NCBI GenBank assembly: GCA_046724475.1
Contig: JBKOVK010000013.1
Location: 1 to 62,463 of the forward strand
From: Acidobacteriota bacterium
GTDB lineage: Bacteria; Acidobacteriota; Thermoanaerobaculia; UBA5066; Gp7-AA6
Length of the DNA stretch: 62,463 nt
Reading direction: 5' to 3'
Shown here: positions 18,758 to 26,957 of the stretch, piece by piece
How positions within the stretch are numbered: position 1 is the first letter of the stretch
How the letters are laid out: the number at the start of each line of letters is the position of its first letter
Position numbers and translations under genes: made by a program
Notes under the pieces: model-generated
What the model was told of the DNA's origin: nothing
Databases searched by the model: none
Seen by the model: only the letters and a program-made list of their open reading frames with translations

Positions 18758-21700
18758 GTGCTACGCCGGGCGCTTCTGGCCGTTTCGGTCCTGGCGCTTC
18801 TCCCGATCCTCTGGCTCGACGGCTGGTTTCCGTTTCCGTCGGGACGCGTCGACACGGTCGGCCCGCCCGCCGCGGTCTCGACTGCCCTCGCCGGCGTCGC
18901 CGCGGACCTGAAGCGGCGCGTGGACGCTCTGGCTTCCAGCGCGGAGGTGGCGAAGGCGCTGGAAGGCGGCGGGATCGCAGTGCGCCGCCAGGCGCTCTTT
19001 GCGAGCGCGCGCCAGGTGATGGATGGCGTGCCCCCGGGGGCATGGATCGCCCTCGCCGACCCGCGCGGAAACGCCCAGGCGTGGTGGGGCGACGCTCCCG
19101 CGCAGATCCCGAACATCCGAGCCTCCGGAACGCTGGAGGCCCGCTGGTCGGCGACGCGGCTGGAGATCGCGTACTGGCGCATCGTCGGCTCGGGACCGTT
19201 TGCGGGCGTCATCTGCGCCGCGCGGCCGATGCCCGTCGAGGCCCCCGCGTTCGGGGAAGCGCTCGGACTGGAGGGATCCTCGCTGGAGTGGGAGCCGATC
19301 GCTCCGGTACAGGGAAGCCCGGTGGTCCTCTCCGGGGAGGGCAGAACGCCCCTCGTCGCGGCGCGCCGCGAGCCGATCGAGCCTTCCCAGAGTCGCAGTC
19401 TCCGGGCGGCCGTGGTCGCCGGCGTCGTCGCCGCGGCAACCGTCGTCGCCGCCGCCGGACCGGGCTCGCTCGTGGTCGGAGCCGGGCTCGCGGCGGGCTT
19501 TCTCGCCGTCGAGGCCTTTGACGGTGGGGGCCGAAGCCTGTCATCGCCGGTGCCGTGGGTCCTGGCGCTCGGTCTCTTCCTGCTTCCGCGGGCTCTGTCG
19601 AGTCTGCGGCGCCGCGACGCTCCCGGAGCGCCGGCGCGCATCGTTATGGGCTACGCGCTCTTCGCCGGTGCCCTGTACGCGGCGGGTCGGATCGCGGTTC
19701 CCGACCTCGGCGCCGCCTTCTCGGTGTCGAGCGCCGACTTCTGGAAACTCGCCGCACTCTTCGGGCTGACGGCCGCGGCGCTGGCACTGGGAGCCTCGTC
19801 GTTCGGGCGCGAGGCCTCGCCGGCCTGGACGGGCGCGGCTCTCAGCATCACGGGCGCCGGCATCGTGGCGGGTCTTCTCTTCGTCTCGGCGGCGCCGGGT
19901 TATCGGATCGCGATCTTCGCCGTCAGCCTCGTCGCGTTCGAAGCGTGGCGGCGCGCGGTATCGGGGGCCTCCGCTGCCGGCGCCTTCGGGCCTTTTCGGT
20001 TGACGGCCGGCGCCACGCTGCTCGTGCTCCTGTCGGCCGCCGCCCTTCACGAACACCGGCGGACCGCCGAGGCCTTTCGCGTGGCGGACGCCATCCGCCT
20101 CCCGGATCCGACGCGAATCTCGGTCGACGCGGTCGTGGCGGTGCGGCGCGCGGTCGACCGCGTGCAGCGGTTCGACCTCGGCCGGGAGCTGCCGGCGCCC
20201 GTCGCGGACACGGACCTCTCCGACCTTGCCTACCGGCTCTGGAGAGACGGGGAAGAGCAGAGGCCCTCGACGTCGCTGATCGCCTACGAGGTCTTCGACG
20301 GCGAAGGAATGCTGCGCAGCCGCTTCTCGCTGATACCCGAAGCCGACGAGCCCGGCATCGGAGCGCCGGGTGTCCAGATCGAGCGCCACCGTGTCGCCGT
20401 CGTTCGCCAGATCGCCGGGCTCGCCGACTCCGGGAATCTCTGGGGGCGCGTCGTCGTGTCGGTCGCGGACTGGCCGAGCTGGGATCCGCTGCCGCCCAGG
20501 CTGGAGGTCTATCGCCGGCTGGTGGGAGGAGAGGCGACCCAGGCTCCGTCGCCGAGACCGGTTCTCGTCTCCTATGGCCCGGATGGGGCGCGCCGGGAGG
20601 ACGGACCCGAGCTGCCCGTACCCATCTTCGAGAAGGTGCGCGCTTCCGGGCGGCCGCAACGCGTCGACATCCGATACCGCGGCGAGGAGCTCCGGGGAGA
20701 GCTCCGGCCCGCTCCCGAAGGATTTCAGCTCATCGCCATCCCCGGTCCCGACTTTTTGCAGCGTCTGCTGACGGCCGCGCTCCTGCTGCCGGCGGCCGGC
20801 GCGCTGGCCCTCGTCGGGGGAGCCATCGTCTTTCTCCGTTTCCTCGCTTCTCGGCGTTCGGTCGAGGAGCTCCTGCCGCGAAGCGTCCCGACCTTTCGCG
20901 GCCGGCTCCTGGCGCTGTTCGTGCTGTCCGTGATGATTCCGCTCCTGGCGGTGACCTTCTACCTGCGCTCGTCGATCTCCGAGAGGACGAGCCGCGACAC
21001 CTTGGACCACGCGCGGACGGGGCTCGAGACGGCGCGTCGTGTGCTCGACGATTACCTGCTGTCGGCGGCGGCGGGGCGAGGGCGGCTCGAGCTCCTCGAC
21101 GACGCGCTGCTGTCGTGGCTGGCGAACGCCGTCGGCTTCGACCTGTCCGTCTACTCGCCGGAGTCGCGGCTGATCGCGAGCTCGCGGCGCGACCTCTACG
21201 CGGCCGGTCTCCTTCCCGAACGTGTGCCGGGACGAAGCTACGTCTCTGTAGGCCTGGGCGAGGCGCGCGACCTGACGGACGCACGCGTGATCGCGGGCAG
21301 CCCGTTCGAGGAGATCACGACCGCGCTCTCCGCGATGCCGGGTGTGCCCGGGGTGCGCAGCCCGATTCTGCTGTCGCTGCTGATGCTGCCCCAGCAGCGC
21401 ATTGCCGAGGCCGAGGCCGCACAGCTGACCGCGGCCGTCTCGGCGTTCTCGCTGCTCGTGTTCCTGATCTCGGCCGCCATCGCGGGGCGGCTCGCCCTGC
21501 GCGTCGCTCGACCCGTCGCCGACCTCGTCCAGGGCACACGGGCGGTCGCTCGCGGGGACTTCTCGCCGCGGCTCGCCGAGCCTCCCGACGAGGAGTTGCG
21601 AGAGCTCGTGCGCGCGTTCCTGTACATGTCGCGCAGCCTCAAGGAACAGACGGAGGCGCTTTCGCGCGAGAAGGAGCGGCTGGCGACCCTGCTGTCGCAG

Positions 21701-22675
21701 CTGACCGCGGGCGTCGTGGCGTACGGCGAAGACCATCAAGTTCTGCTGGCCAATCCGGCCGCGGCGCGCCTGGGCGGAGGAGTCGCCGAGGGATCCACGC
21801 TCGAGGACGTCTTTCCCGGCGAAGTGATGGCCCCGGTGCGGCGACTCCTCGAGCGACTTGGACCATATCCGGTCTCCGAGGAGCTGGAGCCGCGGCCCGG
21901 CGAACGATGGCGCGTCGTGACGGTTCCACTGCCGCTCGGGGGATCGGGAGCGCGCATGGCGGTCATCGAAGACGTTTCGGACGTCGTCCGCTCCAACCGG
22001 CTGGCGGCGTGGGCGGAAATGGCCCGGATCATCGCGCACGAGATCAAGAACCCGTTGACTCCGATCCGCCTGTCGGTCGAACATCTTCGGGAAGTCTGGA
22101 AACGCCAGTCCCCCGATTTCGATCGCGTTCTGGAGGAATGCGTGACGAACGTGTTGCGCCAGACCGAGGAGCTTCGGCGCTCCGCCGCGGAGTTCTCCGA
22201 TTACGCGAGGCTGCCTCGGCCGGAGACGCGGCCGATCGACGTCGGCGCCCTCGCGGCGGACGCAGCGGCGGCGTTTGCCGGAGCTCCCGGCATAAGCTGG
22301 TCCGTCGAGGCGACGCCGGGTCTCGAGGCCGTCGGCGACCCGCGCCTGATTTCCCGGGTCCTGTCGAACCTCGTCGGCAACTCCGTCGACGCGCTGCAGG
22401 GGCGGGGCATGATTCGAATCCGCGTGGATCGGCGCGACGGGCGCATCGAAACGGCGGTCGAAGACGACGGGCCGGGAGTTTCTCCCGAGATCCTGCCGCG
22501 CCTCTTCGACCCGTACTTCTCGGCCAAGAGCGGAGGCACCGGGCTAGGCCTGGCCATCGCGAAGAAGATCGTCGAGGAGCACGGAGGCACGATCGCCGCC
22601 GGCAACCGGCCGAAGGGAGGATTCCGCGTGGCCTTCGACCTCCCGGCGTCCGACGGCGGGAGCGGAGCCGCATGA
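18758..22675 (+). CDS. 1305-aa multi-pass membrane sensor histidine kinase (large N-terminal sensor, HAMP, PAS, NtrY-like HisKA, HATPase)
   Basis: GTG start 17 nt after hutU. C-terminus: HAMP (RVARPVADLVQGTRAVARGDFSPRL...), PAS-like (LSQLTAGVVAYGEDHQVLLANPAAARL), H-box IAHEIKNPLTPIRLSVEHL, N/G boxes (NLVGNSVDAL, DDGPGVSPE, GGTGLGLAIAKKIVEEHGG). No receiver domain and no response regulator gene nearby. Confidence 0.88.
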   Translation: MLRRALLAVSVLALLPILWLDGWFPFPSGRVDTVGPPAAVSTALAGVAADLKRRVDALASSAEVAKALEGGGIAVRRQALFASARQVMDGVPPGAWIALADPRGNAQAWWGDAPAQIPNIRASGTLEARWSATRLEIAYWRIVGSGPFAGVICAARPMPVEAPAFGEALGLEGSSLEWEPIAPVQGSPVVLSGEGRTPLVAARREPIEPSQSRSLRAAVVAGVVAAATVVAAAGPGSLVVGAGLAAGFLAVEAFDGGGRSLSSPVPWVLALGLFLLPRALSSLRRRDAPGAPARIVMGYALFAGALYAAGRIAVPDLGAAFSVSSADFWKLAALFGLTAAALALGASSFGREASPAWTGAALSITGAGIVAGLLFVSAAPGYRIAIFAVSLVAFEAWRRAVSGASAAGAFGPFRLTAGATLLVLLSAAALHEHRRTAEAFRVADAIRLPDPTRISVDAVVAVRRAVDRVQRFDLGRELPAPVADTDLSDLAYRLWRDGEEQRPSTSLIAYEVFDGEGMLRSRFSLIPEADEPGIGAPGVQIERHRVAVVRQIAGLADSGNLWGRVVVSVADWPSWDPLPPRLEVYRRLVGGEATQAPSPRPVLVSYGPDGARREDGPELPVPIFEKVRASGRPQRVDIRYRGEELRGELRPAPEGFQLIAIPGPDFLQRLLTAALLLPAAGALALVGGAIVFLRFLASRRSVEELLPRSVPTFRGRLLALFVLSVMIPLLAVTFYLRSSISERTSRDTLDHARTGLETARRVLDDYLLSAAAGRGRLELLDDALLSWLANAVGFDLSVYSPESRLIASSRRDLYAAGLLPERVPGRSYVSVGLGEARDLTDARVIAGSPFEEITTALSAMPGVPGVRSPILLSLLMLPQQRIAEAEAAQLTAAVSAFSLLVFLISAAIAGRLALRVARPVADLVQGTRAVARGDFSPRLAEPPDEELRELVRAFLYMSRSLKEQTEALSREKERLATLLSQLTAGVVAYGEDHQVLLANPAAARLGGGVAEGSTLEDVFPGEVMAPVRRLLERLGPYPVSEELEPRPGERWRVVTVPLPLGGSGARMAVIEDVSDVVRSNRLAAWAEMARIIAHEIKNPLTPIRLSVEHLREVWKRQSPDFDRVLEECVTNVLRQTEELRRSAAEFSDYARLPRPETRPIDVGALAADAAAAFAGAPGISWSVEATPGLEAVGDPRLISRVLSNLVGNSVDALQGRGMIRIRVDRRDGRIETAVEDDGPGVSPEILPRLFDPYFSAKSGGTGLGLAIAKKIVEEHGGTIAAGNRPKGGFRVAFDLPASDGGSGAA

Positions 22676-24150
22676 GGCGTTCGGGCCACCTTCTTCTGAG
22701 TCTCCTGACGATCGCCGCCGGCTGCCGAAAGGCGGCGGGACCCGAAGGCCCGGCGGCCGCCGCGCCTCCGAAGGGCGACGCGGTCGAGTTCGTGAATCCC
22801 GCAGCCGCCGCGGAACCCGATCTCGTCGAGCGTCTCCGCCGGCTGGCCGTCGCGACGGTGTTCCTGCCCGCGGGCGAGCTCGCGCGCGACGGCGGGCGAT
22901 GGACCCTGAACGCCGATCCGTATCCGCCCCGGCCCGTCGAGGGTCCGGCCGTGATCCTGGTAGTGCGGTCGAGCGAGGCGCTCTCCGCGCTCCTCTCTTC
23001 CTCGGAGGGCACGGCGGCGGCGGGAGCCTCTCACGCGCTCGCCGCCGGCGTGACCGAAGGCCTGCGCAAGGGAGGTCCGTACGGGAACGTCGTCGGCATC
23101 CACCTGGAGGGACCGTTCTCCGCGGCGACCGCGGCCCGGGGGACCGATCTGCTCGCCGCGTTGCGCAAGGAGTTGCCCCGCGGTCTGCTGCTGTCGTTTC
23201 GACTGGCCTCCGCGCCGGCGAACGACGACGAACGCAAGCGCCTCCGCCCGCTTCTCGAGTCCGCGGACGCCCTGGAGGCGACCGTGTTTGGCGGAAGCGC
23301 GAGGATCGACTCGGTCGCAGCCGACGCCCTCGGCCGTCCATGGTGGGCCGGGTACGACGCCGCGGTCCGATGCGTGGCGACGAGCCCGGAGGGGCAGGTT
23401 CACAGCGAAGTTCCCGAGAAGGCGGTCGACGCCCTCTCGGGCCACCCTCAAGTCGAGTTCGAAAACGATCTGACCGTGACGGATCCCGACGTCGTCGCGT
23501 TTCGCCTGACCGCTCGAGGTCCGGTCCGGGTCGGGGATCTGAACCTCGCGGCCGGCGAGCACGTTGCGTGCCGGATGCCGTCACTGCCGGAGCTGCTCTA
23601 TCGCCTCGGTTCGGCCATGGCGGGACGGCGCCACCTGCTCGGGCGCGTGATCGTCTTCGGAGGAGACAGCGAAAGCGATCGGATCGTGCGCGTCGAGGCC
23701 CTGGAGGACATCCTGCTTGGACGATCACTCGCGCCCGCGCTCGACGTTCGCGTGAACCCCGCGGGCCGCAATGCGATCTCGATCGAGGCGAAGAATCTGT
23801 CGCCCCATCCGTCCACGGCTTCCCGGGTATCGAACTGGGTCGAGGTCGACCTGGCGCCGGCCCACCCGGCCGACGTGGCGCTCGGGGGCTTCGACCGCTA
23901 CGAGGCTTACGATGCCTCGGGTCGCCCCGTCACTCCGGGCCGGGCGACCCGCGTCCGGCTCTACGAGACGCTGGTCGGGCCCCGCGAAGCGATCACGCCG
24001 GCCAGGATCGTGGTGCGCGGGGTGCTGCCGTCGCCGTGCTGCCGCCACCGCTTGCACCTGCTCGCCGCCGCGGGTCCCGAGGAATCGGGAGATTGGATCG
24101 ATCCGCCGCCGCCGACTCCGCCGCCGGCGCCTACGAAGAAGCGGAAGTGA
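22672..24150 (+). CDS. hypothetical lipoprotein (492 aa) translationally coupled to the kinase
   Basis: ATG 22672 forms an ATGA overlap with the kinase stop. MRRSGHLLLSLLTIAAG/C lipobox. Pro-rich, basic C-terminal tail (PPPPTPPPAPTKKRK). No recognisable domain. The 1531-aa track ORF is an off-frame extension over the kinase. Confidence 0.65.
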   Translation: MRRSGHLLLSLLTIAAGCRKAAGPEGPAAAAPPKGDAVEFVNPAAAAEPDLVERLRRLAVATVFLPAGELARDGGRWTLNADPYPPRPVEGPAVILVVRSSEALSALLSSSEGTAAAGASHALAAGVTEGLRKGGPYGNVVGIHLEGPFSAATAARGTDLLAALRKELPRGLLLSFRLASAPANDDERKRLRPLLESADALEATVFGGSARIDSVAADALGRPWWAGYDAAVRCVATSPEGQVHSEVPEKAVDALSGHPQVEFENDLTVTDPDVVAFRLTARGPVRVGDLNLAAGEHVACRMPSLPELLYRLGSAMAGRRHLLGRVIVFGGDSESDRIVRVEALEDILLGRSLAPALDVRVNPAGRNAISIEAKNLSPHPSTASRVSNWVEVDLAPAHPADVALGGFDRYEAYDASGRPVTPGRATRVRLYETLVGPREAITPARIVVRGVLPSPCCRHRLHLLAAAGPEESGDWIDPPPPTPPPAPTKKRK

Positions 24151-24874
24151 CTTCCTTGCGCCGGAAGACCCCGACCAGCTTTCCGACGGGTCCGGACGCC
24201 ACGAAGACCACGGCGATGGCCGCGAGCGCGAGCTGAGGTCTGTAGGCCACGATCGCAAAGAACAGAGCGATCGCCGGCAGGATCCAGGCGGGCCGCCGGC
24301 GCCTCAGGTCGAGGTCCTTGAAGGACCGGTAGCGGATCGTCGAGATCATCAGGTAGGCCAGAACGAACGTCAGGACGAGCAGGCCTCCCATCCACGTCCG
24401 GTTCATGAGGCGCTCCGGCGTGGCCAGCACGACCGCCGCCACCGTGCCCGCGGCTGCCGGGATCGGCAGTCCCACGAAGTAGCGCTTGTCGACGACGTGC
24501 GTCTGGATGTTGAAGCGCGCCAGGCGCATGGATCCGCAGACGACGAAGAGAAACGACACGAACCAGCCCAGCCGGTGAAAGTCCTCGAGGCCCCAGGAGT
24601 ACGCGAGCACCGCGGGAGCCACGCCGAAGGACACCAGGTCGGCCAGCGAGTCGTACTCCTCGCCGAACTCGGAGGTCGAGTGCGTGAGTCGTGCGATGCG
24701 GCCGTCGAGACCGTCGAGGATGCCCGCGGCGATGATCAGAACGGCGGCGATCTCGAAATTCCCCTGGATCGAATACCAGAGCGAAAGGTAGCCGCAGAAC
24801 AGGTTGCCGACCGTGAAGAGCGTTGGCAGGATGAAGAGGCCTCGGGAAAGCCGTTCCCGCGAGAGCCGCGCCAC
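24131..24874 (-). CDS. pssA: CDP-diacylglycerol--serine O-phosphatidyltransferase
   Basis: 247 aa. CDP-alcohol phosphatidyltransferase motif DGLDGRIARLTHSTSEFGEEYDSLADLVSFG. Lies immediately downstream of psd. Confidence 0.9.
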   Translation of the reverse strand: MARLSRERLSRGLFILPTLFTVGNLFCGYLSLWYSIQGNFEIAAVLIIAAGILDGLDGRIARLTHSTSEFGEEYDSLADLVSFGVAPAVLAYSWGLEDFHRLGWFVSFLFVVCGSMRLARFNIQTHVVDKRYFVGLPIPAAAGTVAAVVLATPERLMNRTWMGGLLVLTFVLAYLMISTIRYRSFKDLDLRRRRPAWILPAIALFFAIVAYRPQLALAAIAVVFVASGPVGKLVGVFRRKEVTSASS

Positions 24875-24875
24875 G

Positions 24876-25511
24876 CTATGCGCCTCCCCGCCAGCGGGCG
24901 ATCGGCGACATTCCGGCTTTCAGCTTCTGGCCCTTTCCTACGAGGACCTCGCAGTCGTCGGGGAGAAAGACGTCCACGCGCGAACCGAACTTGATGATGC
25001 CGATGCGTTCCCCGCGCGCGAGCTCCTGGCCCACCGCCGGGTAGAAGACGATCCGGCGGGCGAGCGCGCCCGCGATCTGCTTGAAAGCGAGCCGGCCCTG
25101 CGGGGAGGCCAGCGTCACCCGCGTCTGCTCGTTGTCGGTCGAGGCCTTGTCGTCGAACGCGGCGAGCTTCTTGCCGGGGACGTGGGCGAATTCCGCAATG
25201 CGTCCCGCTGCCGGCGAGCGATTCACGTGGCAGTTGAAGACGGACATGAAGATCGAAAGCCGGCGGCGCGCGCCCGGCGGGGCCTCCGGGGGCTCGGTCA
25301 CGGACAGGACGGTGCCGTCGGCGGGGGACACGATCGTCTCGGGGCCTCCCTCGGGAACGCGGTCGGGATCGCGGAAGAACTGAACCAGGAAGAGCGTGAC
25401 GGCCAGGAGCAGGCCCGCCGCCAGGGGATGTCCGAAAACGGCGGCGAGCCCGCCGGCCACGAGCGGGGGCAGGATGAATACCCACCCCTCCCGGGCGATC
25501 GGGAGCCTCAG
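24876..25511 (-). CDS. psd: phosphatidylserine decarboxylase (short Psd/Asd type); start probably CTG at 25511
   Basis: Track ORF 24876..25460 (GTG). Contains LSIFMSVFNCHVNRSPAAG...IIKFGSRVDVFLP (GS self-cleavage region). The conserved N-terminal IAREGWVFILPPLV segment is encoded upstream of 25460 in the same frame, which has no ATG/GTG/TTG; see findings. Confidence 0.8.
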   Translation of the reverse strand: MRLPIAREGWVFILPPLVAGGLAAVFGHPLAAGLLLAVTLFLVQFFRDPDRVPEGGPETIVSPADGTVLSVTEPPEAPPGARRRLSIFMSVFNCHVNRSPAAGRIAEFAHVPGKKLAAFDDKASTDNEQTRVTLASPQGRLAFKQIAGALARRIVFYPAVGQELARGERIGIIKFGSRVDVFLPDDCEVLVGKGQKLKAGMSPIARWRGGA

Positions 25512-25732
25512 GTCGCGACTCCCTCGCGGTGGGTCCGGGCGATGGCCTCCATGCGGTCCTTCAGAAGGAGCTTCTCCTTCTTCAGCCGCTTCTCCTCCAT
25601 TTCCTCGTCCTCGGAAAGTCGGTTTTTCGCCGCCAGCAACTGCAGGCGTTCCTCGTGATGTCGATGCTCCTCGTGCAGGCGGCGGAACTCCGGGTCGGTC
25701 ACGGCCAGTTCCTCACGGTTCCCGTTTTCCAT
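25508..25732 (-). CDS. DUF465 (YdcH-like) small coiled-coil protein
   Basis: ATG 25732 is preceded by AAGGAGG. MENGNREELAVTDPEFRRLHEEHRHHEERLQLLAAKNRLSEDEEMEEKRLKKEKLLLKDRME is the typical DUF465 pattern. The track start 25789 lacks an SD. Confidence 0.75.
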   Translation of the reverse strand: MENGNREELAVTDPEFRRLHEEHRHHEERLQLLAAKNRLSEDEEMEEKRLKKEKLLLKDRMEAIARTHREGVAT

Positions 25733-25820
25733 CGGGTCAGACCTCCTTGCTTTTTTTTGGATCGAGGAGAGTGCCGGGGGGAGGGTCACGTCCCAAGTCT
25801 AATCCCGCCAAACCGGCCTT

Positions 25821-26306
25821 TCAACCGCGTTCGGTCAGCGGAAGCACCAGCACGAGCGCGTCTTCTCCGTCCTGATAGTAGGCGCGCCGCTTGTAGGCCT
25901 CCCGGAAACCATAGGACCGGTAGAACTGCCGCGCCGCCTCGTTGGACACGCGGACTTCCAGCGTCACGGCGGTCGACGCCATGGCGCGCGCCCGTGACAG
26001 CGCGTCCTCGATCAGAACCCGTCCGTAGCCCTGTTTGCGCAGGCGCAAATCGGTCGCGATCTTGTTGACGTGAAACTCCTCGTACAGGGAGACGGCGAAG
26101 AGATATCCGCCCACGCGCGGCGCGCCTCCGTCGTCGCGGGCGAGGACGCGGATGTAGCGGTGCGCTTCGACCAGCTCGCTCGCGAAGAACTCTCGCCGCC
26201 AGGGCACCGGGAACGCTTCGGATTCGATCCGGACGATCTCGTCGAGGTCGAAGAGGCCCGCCGGGCGAAGCCGGTACGGATCGGGCCGTGGTTCAGGGAG
26301 CGACAT
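25821..26306 (-). CDS. rimI: ribosomal-protein-alanine N-acetyltransferase
   Basis: 161 aa GNAT. IESEAFPVPWRREFFASEL...LRKQGYGRVLIEDAL...TLEVRVSNEAARQFYRSYGF. 14-nt overlap with tsaB, the usual tsaB-rimI pair. Confidence 0.85.
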   Translation of the reverse strand: MSLPEPRPDPYRLRPAGLFDLDEIVRIESEAFPVPWRREFFASELVEAHRYIRVLARDDGGAPRVGGYLFAVSLYEEFHVNKIATDLRLRKQGYGRVLIEDALSRARAMASTAVTLEVRVSNEAARQFYRSYGFREAYKRRAYYQDGEDALVLVLPLTERG

Positions 26307-26925
26307 GCTTCTCCTCGGCCGCGCTCGGGCGCGAGTAGATGGCTTCGAGCGCGCCCCCCGGGCGCGGTTCGCGCGTCACGGCGCGCGCCAGGCTCACCGC
26401 GACCGCCGGCAGGGGAACGTCAGAGGCGCCGGGGACGAGGTCGGCGGGAAGCGAGACGATCGAATCGCCGCTCCGGCTCGCCGCGACGTTGCCGGGGGCC
26501 ACGCGGCGGGACGCGCCGAGAGATCGTGCGCGCGGGGAAGCCAGATCGAACCGCTCCGCGACGACTTCGCCGCGGCCTGCGTCGAGCACGGCGACGACCC
26601 GTTCCGCGCCGAAGCCACGCGCGCCTTCCGCCATCGCCTCGAGTGTCGGCACCGCTTCCACGTCCACGCCGAGGGCGCGTCCGAAGCCCCATGCCGTCGC
26701 GAGACCGACTCGGATTCCCGTGAACGACCCGGGCCCGGAGCAAACCGCGACGCGATCGAGGTCGGCGAGTCGCAGGCCTGCGCGGGAGAGCGCCCGGCCG
26801 ACAGCCGGAAGCAGCTCCTCCGACGCGCGCCGGTCGCCGGACAGAACCTCCTCGAAGATCCGTTCGCCGGAGAGAACGACGATCGAGGGAGTGGGCGTGG
26901 CCGTGTCCATCGCGAGAACGTTCAT
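26293..26925 (-). CDS. tsaB: tRNA threonylcarbamoyladenosine biosynthesis protein TsaB
   Basis: 210 aa. MNVLAMDTATPTPSIVVL...VAVCSGPGSFTGIRVGLATAWG is the typical TsaB/YeaZ pattern. Confidence 0.88.
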   Translation of the reverse strand: MNVLAMDTATPTPSIVVLSGERIFEEVLSGDRRASEELLPAVGRALSRAGLRLADLDRVAVCSGPGSFTGIRVGLATAWGFGRALGVDVEAVPTLEAMAEGARGFGAERVVAVLDAGRGEVVAERFDLASPRARSLGASRRVAPGNVAASRSGDSIVSLPADLVPGASDVPLPAVAVSLARAVTREPRPGGALEAIYSRPSAAEEKHVAP

Positions 26926-26957
26926 GCCGGAACCGCCGGGATTATGCTAGCACCGGC

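Noticed and set aside
19541-22084. 847-aa minus-strand ORF, plus the 19555..24150 1531-aa plus-strand ORF
   Set aside because: Both overlap the histidine kinase, whose frame carries unmistakable HAMP, HisKA and HATPase motifs. Their translations are R/G/P/E-rich low complexity. Only the last 492 codons of 19555..24150 (from ATG 22672) look genuine; that part is the lipoprotein.
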